A program made the translations under genes and the position numbers. Below are positions 57,101-64,000 of a stretch of 64,000 nucleotides of DNA, in pieces (within the stretch, counting starts at the first letter, position 1; every line of letters begins with the position of its first letter). The stretch comes from a virus. Taxonomy: Duplodnaviria; Caudoviricetes. The DNA lies in IMG/VR virus record IMGVR_UViG_3300003702_000001, positions 2,160 to 66,159 of that record, one strand, 5' to 3'. The notes under the pieces were generated by a model, which was not told where the DNA came from, did not search any database, and saw only the letters and a program-made list of their open reading frames with translations.

Positions 57101-60100
57101 TCCCTCAAAGGTATTCAACTGAATGTCTTTAGTTCCACCAAGAGTTATCTTAGAAGAAGTTCTTCCCTTTATAGTTGCATTATCAGCAATAGTAGCCGCA
57201 GTAGTTCCACCATGTCCTCTAACACAACCTGTAAAGGTAGTGCTAGTAACACCTACATATCTAACCAACTCACCAGAAGCCAATTCTAATGTTCCAACAG
57301 TATCGAATCCAGTAGTTGAATCAACAGTAACAGTAGTAATTGATGAGTTATGTGACCCATTTGCTGATGTTGCTCCCTTTTGTGTTCCCTGTGATACAGC
57401 AAAGGCACTCACCTTATCTCCTGTAATTGCACTATCTGGTATCTTTGCGGTAGTTACTGAATCATCACAAATTGTTCTAGTGATAACTGCATCATCAGCA
57501 ATCTTTGGTTCACTAATTGCTTCCGATGCGATTTCATTTGAATCTACAGCGTTGTTAGCAATTTGTAAGTTTTCTATTGCGTTATCTGCTAATTGTGCAG
57601 TATCTATTGCTTTGGATACTAATTTACTTCCAGCAATATTACCTGTCAATTGTGCATTTGTGACTGTACCTGTTAAACTAGTAGTAGGTAGTCCCGTTGC
57701 ATTAGTTAGAACACCACTAACAGGTGTTCCTAATGCTGGTGCTACCAAAACCATACCTGAAGCCATTGTTCCTTGAGCCACTTGAGCCGCAGGTAATGCT
57801 GTTGCATTTGTTAAAACTAATGCTGATGGCGTTCCTAATGCTGGCGTTACTAATGTTGCATTGGTTAATGTTCCAACAGATGTAATTGCTGTTTGTGCTG
57901 CACCTGTAACTGTTGCGGCTGTTCCTGTTGTATTCTGATTCAATGTTGCTATTCTTTCCTTTGCGATTGTTCCACTTGAGAAGAAACTTGTTGCTGAATC
58001 GCCCGCTTGAGCCGTAGTAGCCGTAGTTGCAGTATCAGCATTACCTGTTAAAGCACCAACAAAAGCACTAGCAGATATTGGTTTGTTTGAAGCAAGTCTA
58101 GCATTAGTATTATCCCAAGTAAATGTAGGCGCACTAGCATGAGAACCAAATTGTAATCCAGCCGCATTAGTTAATGCTAGGGTTGAAGCACCACTAGCCA
58201 CAGTAATTGTTTTATCTACTATATCTAAATCAGTAGCACTTACAGTATTCAAATCACCTGTAATATTGAAATCTCCACCAACAGTTAAATCTCCTAGAAT
58301 GGTTATAGTATCATCTGCAACTCCAATAGTTACATCATCGAAATCTGCCGCAAGACCACTTTTTAGGTTAGCAGTTGAAACATTAACATCTGTATTGTGA
58401 TTTATGTCGCTTACCTTATCATCGTTTACATTTACTCTAAACTCTAACTTACCAAATGCTTCCCTAATCTTATCTGCGGCAACAACATTACTTTCTGAAC
58501 CAGCAGTTGAATATCCTGTTAATGCTAGGTTTGCTATCTCAGTAGCAGTTTGGTCATCAGTAGCATCTGATGGTGCATGAGATACTTGTGAATGGTCATA
58601 ACCAATTTTACCTCTATCGCCTCTATATGCTGTGCTACTTGTTTCACCTAATGCTAGTGTAGTAAAGGCTGTAGAATTAAAAGCATTTGAACCAAATATC
58701 TCAGATGAGAGTTTTCTCTTTTGAGAGCCATTATCAAGAACAACAAACTCATCTGATGCAGTTACCCAAGCCTGAGTCATATCTGCTAAGTCTGATAAAT
58801 CCACATCAAGAGCATTACTATTCAAATCAAGTAAAGTTCCAGCACTTCTTTGAGTGTTAGTATCTGTTGATGTAATTGTAACTGCACCTGCAGATTCAGT
58901 AATAGTTACATTAGAACCTGCTGTGAATGCTAATACCTCAGAAGCACTTAATGTATTACCACCAGCAGTTATACCCCTCCAAGTATTTGTATCTGTTTCA
59001 GCCGCCCATGTGATTGCTCCACTACCGTTGGTCTTCAAGATGTAATTCGCTGAACCATCGCTTGTAGGGAAGGTGTAAGCATTGTTGAACATTACCGCAT
59101 TATTTGAATTTCTTCCCACTAATACCTTTGAACCGGCTGTGGCTCCACCATACAGATAGAGATTTGCGGCACTCCCATCTCCATCTTGAATCTGAATAAA
59201 GGCTGCATCATCTTCATCTCCGGTTTCGAGAATCAAATCTGCTGAGCCGCCGGATGTAAGTTTTGCATTAGCAGTCCCATTCGATATGGCTAAAGTCGTG
59301 GCTGAAACATCATAAGTGAACTTTGCATTACTTTCAATCTCGTTACTCGTTAAATCTCCATAGGCGACCTGATTATCTGAAATTGAACCACCGATGGTAC
59401 CACTTGATATTGTTTGCCAAGTATTATCACCTCTAAGGAATTTAGCATTTCCTATACCTGATGCTGATAACATCGCTAAATCCACAGCACCGGAAGCAAT
59501 TGTTAACGCAGTTGCACCTGTTACATCACCTGTATGTGTGGCATTTGTTACCTTAGCAGTATTAGCAGTAACAGCAGAAGCGTCGGTATAACTAGTCTTA
59601 GCAGTATTAGCAGTAACAGCATCAAATACTGTTGGAGTCATTACTCCACTTACAGATGTAGTGGCTGCTGGAATTACTGCATTAGTCCCATCAGAAGATA
59701 CTATCGTTCTCGCTGCTGTTGAACCTGTAATAGTTAGATTAGTACTTACATTGTGGTTTATATCTGATACCTTTGCATTGTTAGCAATAACATTATCATA
59801 CAATGCTTTACTCATTACTCCTGAAACACTAGCCGTTGCTACAGGTATTGTTACATTATTTCCTGTAGATGAAGTTATTACTCTAGCAGCAGTAGTCCCT
59901 GTAATACCTAGATTAGTTGCTACATTCGCTTCTGCACCCGAAGGAGCATGAGCCGCTTGGGAATGAGTGTAAGCAGTATCATAGTTAGTTTTCAATGCAT
60001 TAGTAAAGTTATTTTGTGTAAGACCACCATCTCCAACTGCAATTGCAGAAGAGTATGCTACATCTGCTGTTCTTGCTAATGTTCCACCAGCAGTAGGTAA

Positions 60101-63100
60101 TAAAACATTGTAGTCGCTTCCAACTACACCTGCTTTCAAGGTTAATTCATTACCATCTGATACTGTGCCTTCAAACACTACTCCATTTGTAGTTGAAACT
60201 GTTTCGACATTACTTGTTGTGGTTGTTCCGGTAACAACCAATGAACCGGGAATTGTTACTACAACATCTGTATCATCACCAATAGATACTGCACTAGATA
60301 TATCCCCTAATCTAGTTATCAGATTAGCAGTATTCACATTTATATCTGTATTATGATTTATATCTGATACCTTTGCATTATTGGCTATGATGTTATCATA
60401 TAATTCATCAGTTAATGCTCCCCATGCATTAGTTGTTGCCGCAGGAATAGAAGCATTTGTTCCGTCACTTGATGTAATAGTTAAAGCAGAACCTGATGCG
60501 CTTACTCCTAGATTAGTGCTTACATTGGTAACCTTAGCAGTATTAGCACTAACTGCCGAAGCATCTGTATAACTAACTTTGGCTGTATTTGCAGTTAAGT
60601 CATCAAACATCTCATCAGACATTACACCCCAATTATCAGTATCAGCCAACGGTAATGATGCATTTGTTCCATCAGATGATACTACATCTAATTTAGTTCC
60701 ACTTCTGCTTACAGTAAGATTAGTGCTAACATTGGTAGCCTTTGCTGTATTGGCTGTAATGGCTGATGCTTGACCACCACTTATGGTAGTAGTATCACCC
60801 GCTAATGCTGTTGATGAAGAAGTACCTAATGCTAAATGAGCCGCTTGAGAATGAGTATATGCTGTGTCCCAATTTGAATTAGAAACATTGAAAGTTAAAT
60901 CGTATGGGTCACCATCTGCTCCACTATCTGTGTCTGTCCAATTAATATCTATGTTAGTGCCATCAATGAACTTAATTTCCTTATTCTCTGTAATGGTTAC
61001 TTCTGTTCCATCACCATCTTCAAGGACGAAACCTGCACCCATATCAACAGTATTAGTATATGAAGTAATATACCCAGAACCATTGGTTAATTGATTGTTA
61101 TTAGTTATATAGTTAGCATTGGTTGCACCAGTATAACCCAATTGTGATAAAGTCATTGTTCTCTTAGTCATGGCTGTAATATGCCCAGTAGCATTAGTTA
61201 CTAAGGTATCAATAACCTCTGCATTGGCAGTATCAATATTGGTAACAGCCGAATTAGGATGAGTATAAATTGTATCATCATTTGGTAAAGTAATAGCCAT
61301 AATATATGGGTTACTTGTTGTTCCCACACCACTTAGATTAGTTCCTGCTGTTCCTGTTGCGGCGGTCATCTTAAAGAATTGATTCTCAATAATAGTTTTA
61401 TCATCATTATCATCATCTCTAATTTTGAAACCTGCACCCATTGTGTTAGTATCAGTATCAGGAGTTCCCCAACTAAATGAACCATCTCCATCAGACCTTA
61501 GATAATTAGTTGTTGCACCATCACCTGAAACATTTAATTGAGTGGCTCCTATTGAATTATCTGTAATTGATATATCATCTGCATTTGCAGTTATACCAGT
61601 TCCACCAATTACATTTAGTGTAGCAGTTCCACTTGACGCACCACCAGTTAAACCAGTTCCAGCAACAACTCCTTCTATATCACCGGAACCAGACCCGAAG
61701 TTTCGTGAATCAATATATTCTTTAATAGCACCTGAAGACATTAAATGGTCGTCAGTATCAACGAATTCAGTACCAATATCAATATCGTCAAATGCATGAC
61801 CACTAAGAGATATTGACCCTGTTGTTGTAAAGCCACCCGCAGTAATTGTTCCGGTAGTAGTATCACTAGCATTATTCTTTAGGAATGCATCATCTACATT
61901 AAATGTAGTTCCACTTAGAGTTAAGTTAGTTCCACCTGTATATTGAGTATTTTCATGAGGTTTAGCATCAACATATGCTTTAATAGACTCAGCAGAAGCA
62001 ACATTTGTTGATGAAGCACCCGTCATTGAATCGCTATCTATTAAAGTTAATTGTGTGTTAGTATCAGTTTCATGAGTATCAATCATACTCTTAACATCAG
62101 CCGGAGTAAATCTCTTTATTGCCGTTGAAGTTCCTGCTGTTCTTTCAGATGTAGATACTTGAGATATTTGATTATGATAAGCAGTTTCAACTTGAGAATC
62201 AGATAATTGAGTGTTTGTGTTTGTATCTGTAAATACTGCTCCTGTTGGAACTGCTGTCTTTACATTATCAAAAGCCCAATCAGAACTTATTGAAGTAGTA
62301 GAAGCACCATTAGTAGGAGTGCTACTTATTGCTCTATGGGTATCTGTAGTATAAGCAGGAATTCCAAATGTTCCATCATGCTTTAAGAAATGTCCACTTG
62401 TTCCAGCAGAAGGAACTAGTCCTGAATTGCCTTCAGATATAGCAGAAGAATATGCAACTCCTGATGTTAAAGCAACTGTCCCTGTAGCATTAGGTAATGT
62501 AACTGTTCTATCTGCTGAAACAGTTCCAGCCTTTAATAACACTTCATATTCATTAGCCGAACTTCCCTCAAATTGAACTCCATTACTTACAGTAGTGGTT
62601 TCAACATGCTCAGTTGTAGTTGTTCCTGTAACAATTAAAGAACCCGGAATAGTAACTACATCATTTGAATCTCCAATACTAACAGCATTACTACCGAAAC
62701 TACTTCCAAGTCTAGTCTTCAAATTAGCAACAGAAACATCTACATCGGTATTAGTTACCTTAGCAGTATTAAGTGCAACTGCATCAAATATACCTGTGGA
62801 CATTACACCACTCACTAAAGTAGTGGCTACGGGTATTTCTGCATCTGTGCCATCAGAAGAAGCAATTGTTCTTGCTCCTGTTGTTCCGGTTATAGTTAAG
62901 TTAGTAGTTACATTGTGGTTTACATCAGTTGCCTTAGCATCGTTTAATGCAGTTCTCTTTTCTAGTTTACCTACACCTACTAATATAGTATCTGTTGCTG
63001 CTACAGCACCACCTGTTGCTGTGCTTAATCCAGTTAATACTTTTGCTATTACCTGTGCATTAGTTAATTGTGTATCTGTGTTTGTTGTGTAACTAGGAGT

Positions 63101-64000
63101 AGCCCATACAGCAGTACCGCTTGAATCATATTTTAAGAATTTACCTGAACTTCCTCCTGTTGGAATATGTTTATTACCAGCAGTATCAGGATGAGTATAA
63201 ACTGTGTCTGTAGAACTTAAAGTTAATGTATTAGCATTATCATCATAAGTTGCTGTTACATTAGTTCCACCAACAATAAGACCATTAACATAATCTTCTA
63301 TCGCTTCCTCAGTAACATAATCCGGGTCAGCCCAAACTGCTGTTCCACTAGATGAATATTTTAAGAATTGATTTGAGGCTCCACCTGTGGGAATATGTTT
63401 ATTTCCTGCCGCAGTAGAATGAGTTATTGCGGGTGTAGTTCCACCACTAGAAGATACAGCACCACTTGCTGTTACTGCTGTTACTGTTCCTGTATTTGTT
63501 GTCCAACCTGCATCATTAGAGAAATAAGATAGAGCAATCTCTGATGCCGCCTTTCTACTTTCTGTTGTTCCATCTTGTAGAATGAATTCTGTTGTTCCAG
63601 CAATAGTGCTTGTTTTATCAGTTAATTCTGCGAAATCTAAATTAAGAGTAACATCTCCTGAAAGACCACCACCACTTAATCCAACACCTGCATCTACTCT
63701 AGTAATATCACCTGAACCTGTAGCAAATCCTTGAGCATCAATATAGTCTTTAACTGCTTTTGAGGTAGGAACTTGAGTTTCTGATGTTCCAGCAAAAGAT
63801 TCAGACCCAAGATTTATTGCACTCGCAGCCATTTCAGATAGAGTTAATCCACTTACATTGAATGTTAATGTTTCTGCTGAATTTTGGTCAGTAGAGAAAT
63901 TGCCTCCACCAGTTAAACCTGTTCCAGCAGTTAAAGTAATTACCGCATCATTAGCAGTAGAAGTTGCTGTAGCACCTGCCGCTACTCCATCTAATTTAGA
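54119..64000 (-). CDS. Giant tail fibre / adhesin (>3290 aa, 5' end outside the window)
   Basis: The frame stays open upstream of the track start (SKLDGVAAGAT...LSE-MAAS), so 63832 is not the start; Gly/Thr/Ser/Ala-rich repeats and YadA-like N-x-x-I-G repeats. Confidence 0.92.
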   Translation of the reverse strand, partial: SKLDGVAAGATATSTANDAVITLTAGTGLTGGGNFSTDQNSAETLTFNVSGLTLSEMAASAINLGSESFAGTSETQVPTSKAVKDYIDAQGFATGSGDITRVDAGVGLSGGGLSGDVTLNLDFAELTDKTSTIAGTTEFILQDGTTESRKAASEIALSYFSNDAGWTTNTGTVTAVTASGAVSSSGGTTPAITHSTAAGNKHIPTGGASNQFLKYSSSGTAVWADPDYVTEEAIEDYVNGLIVGGTNVTATYDDNANTLTLSSTDTVYTHPDTAGNKHIPTGGSSGKFLKYDSSGTAVWATPSYTTNTDTQLTNAQVIAKVLTGLSTATGGAVAATDTILVGVGKLEKRTALNDAKATDVNHNVTTNLTITGTTGARTIASSDGTDAEIPVATTLVSGVMSTGIFDAVALNTAKVTNTDVDVSVANLKTRLGSSFGSNAVSIGDSNDVVTIPGSLIVTGTTTTEHVETTTVSNGVQFEGSSANEYEVLLKAGTVSADRTVTLPNATGTVALTSGVAYSSAISEGNSGLVPSAGTSGHFLKHDGTFGIPAYTTDTHRAISSTPTNGASTTSISSDWAFDNVKTAVPTGAVFTDTNTNTQLSDSQVETAYHNQISQVSTSERTAGTSTAIKRFTPADVKSMIDTHETDTNTQLTLIDSDSMTGASSTNVASAESIKAYVDAKPHENTQYTGGTNLTLSGTTFNVDDAFLKNNASDTTTGTITAGGFTTTGSISLSGHAFDDIDIGTEFVDTDDHLMSSGAIKEYIDSRNFGSGSGDIEGVVAGTGLTGGASSGTATLNVIGGTGITANADDISITDNSIGATQLNVSGDGATTNYLRSDGDGSFSWGTPDTDTNTMGAGFKIRDDDNDDKTIIENQFFKMTAATGTAGTNLSGVGTTSNPYIMAITLPNDDTIYTHPNSAVTNIDTANAEVIDTLVTNATGHITAMTKRTMTLSQLGYTGATNANYITNNNQLTNGSGYITSYTNTVDMGAGFVLEDGDGTEVTITENKEIKFIDGTNIDINWTDTDSGADGDPYDLTFNVSNSNWDTAYTHSQAAHLALGTSSSTALAGDTTTISGGQASAITANTAKATNVSTNLTVSRSGTKLDVVSSDGTNASLPLADTDNWGVMSDEMFDDLTANTAKVSYTDASAVSANTAKVTNVSTNLGVSASGSALTITSSDGTNASIPAATTNAWGALTDELYDNIIANNAKVSDINHNTDINVNTANLITRLGDISSAVSIGDDTDVVVTIPGSLVVTGTTTTSNVETVSTTNGVVFEGTVSDGNELTLKAGVVGSDYNVLLPTAGGTLARTADVAYSSAIAVGDGGLTQNNFTNALKTNYDTAYTHSQAAHAPSGAEANVATNLGITGTTAARVITSSTGNNVTIPVATASVSGVMSKALYDNVIANNAKVSDINHNVSTNLTITGSTAARTIVSSDGTNAVIPAATTSVSGVMTPTVFDAVTANTAKTSYTDASAVTANTAKVTNATHTGDVTGATALTIASGAVDLAMLSASGIGNAKFLRGDNTWQTISSGTIGGSISDNQVAYGDLTSNEIESNAKFTYDVSATTLAISNGTANAKLTSGGSADLILETGDEDDAAFIQIQDGDGSAANLYLYGGATAGSKVLVGRNSNNAVMFNNAYTFPTSDGSANYILKTNGSGAITWAAETDTNTWRGITAGGNTLSASEVLAFTAGSNVTITESAGAVTITSTDTNTQRSAGTLLDLNSNALDVDLSDLADMTQAWVTASDEFVVLDNGSQKRKLSSEIFGSNAFNSTAFTTLALGETSSTAYRGDRGKIGYDHSQVSHAPSDATDDQTATEIANLALTGYSTAGSESNVVAADKIREAFGKLEFRVNVNDDKVSDINHNTDVNVSTANLKSGLAADFDDVTIGVADDTITILGDLTVGGDFNITGDLNTVSATDLDIVDKTITVASGASTLALTNAAGLQFGSHASAPTFTWDNTNARLASNKPISASAFVGALTGNADTATTATTAQAGDSATSFFSSGTIAKERIATLNQNTTGTAATVTGAAQTAITSVGTLTNATLVTPALGTPSALVLTNATALPAAQVAQGTMASGMVLVAPALGTPVSGVLTNATGLPTTSLTGTVTNAQLTGNIAGSKLVSKAIDTAQLADNAIENLQIANNAVDSNEIASEAISEPKIADDAVITRTICDDSVTTAKIPDSAITGDKVSAFAVSQGTQKGATSANGSHNSSITTVTVDSTTGFDTVGTLELASGELVRYVGVTSTTFTGCVRGHGGTTAATIADNATIKGRTSSKITLGGTKDIQLNTFEGADSSNAANPGLIPKAVTGDRTKFLRGDGSWQTVSSGSSGTVTSVTAGTGMTQSGTSTVNPTLNVIGGTGITANANDIAIDSTVATLTGTQTLTNKTLTDPTLRLADAYSTTPALSFTGDTDTGITHNGGNSFSFVHGGSVKTSFTTAGIKINSGKLYGDGSDKLNISGGGSGTSAIRINDSYDLPVAKTGTNDYVLTAQTDGSTAWAAVSGSTTGYTWTSTSGSEQFLISDTSDTALMKIVQLGTGNAFEVHDQASDSTFFSIDQSGNTTIGSNASYGNKMQVHGDVGFTTTNFYIGGSSGKFMALSGTAASPYYTFNGDTNTGMYRIDADQLGFSTAGTSRMTIAADGTVNVVGSFTVGGSAVGGASSLDGLTDVISNITNFTDSILISPDGAAPPHGTLDAASGNVGIGKDVFAALTSGDNNVGIGKNSLKTLTTGGNNIAIGRDTLGLTNTNGASNVIIGHSAGRYLDGGNYNIALGSTANATANDGDDNISIGHQSMYGLSDDASSNIGIGKYSLRTLSTGDYNIGIGESAGYAITTGTRNTAIGKGALVAADTESDNIAIGYDALGGAVNGGEKNIAIGNYALDVTTTGDYNVAVGHEASSANLAGEYNTAIGYNSHLYITGTSGNTLIGANAGRGQSGEAGGHDNVVVGKGAFYNWTTGGQNILMGKDAGYKIRSGTGNVVLGYQSHSQNWADGNYNTAVGYQAQSHMNGGANNISIGYQAGNNITSGDNNVVIGNADVASATGDDQLSISSGDGTPVWITGNSSGVVDIPGSLTVGGTAVGGNTDSAAFKFTASTRVPMMNGNAGSITNGGMNAYWAYGNLVSFLESKTLSKAWIYINSLSSGLADTGVTTALYELTDSNLIDSSPNGTLIATASWAASKFVDLSGSTGYGSVDWIVAQGQSLTIDSSKYYAIMTSNWANNQETSTPYNILAWSSDSLPNISGSGGNVGVSNGFKVWINGLTSPATTVALSNSGSGTKSAIWSTFT

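Noticed and set aside
54660-63092. Many plus-strand ORFs inside the tail-fibre gene
   Set aside because: They are antisense shadows caused by codon bias in a low-complexity protein.
63832-63832. Track start codon of the tail fibre
   Set aside because: The frame is open to the window edge with fibre-type sequence, so the gene starts outside the window.
1-64000. Prophage or integrated element
   Set aside because: No integrase, att site, transposase or host housekeeping genes were seen.

Overview
The window is a ~64 kb segment of an AT-rich tailed archaeal virus genome (Caudoviricetes). The gene set and order most resemble viruses of Marine Group II Euryarchaeota/Poseidoniales ('magroviruses'); this assignment comes from recognising families, not from a database search. 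(1) 1-16.1 kb, minus strand: packaging module (portal N-terminus, LAGLIDADG-fusion protein, TerL, GNAT, candidate TerS) plus a run of orphan genes sharing a short W-x-x-[ILV]-[LIV]-K terminal motif. (2) 16.1-21.8 kb: strand-switch region with a repeated 55-nt promoter-like element, a divergent paralog pair, an origin-like low-complexity tract, a structured non-coding stretch and tRNA-Leu(TAA). (3) 21.8-53.2 kb, plus strand: class II RNR, TFB, ATP-dependent ligase, two histone-fold proteins, PC4, RFC, RPA-like SSB, PCNA, split PolB, Cas4-like nuclease, MazG, primase, ERCC4 nuclease, helicase and DEDD exonuclease. (4) 53.5-64 kb, minus strand: a giant modular tail fibre (>3290 aa, open at the window end) with two chaperone-like genes. 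The most notable observation is an apparently complete virus-encoded ubiquitin-like conjugation set (Ubl ending GG-TE, E2-like, E1, JAB) within about 7 kb. No CRISPR array, rRNA, integrase or transposase was seen.
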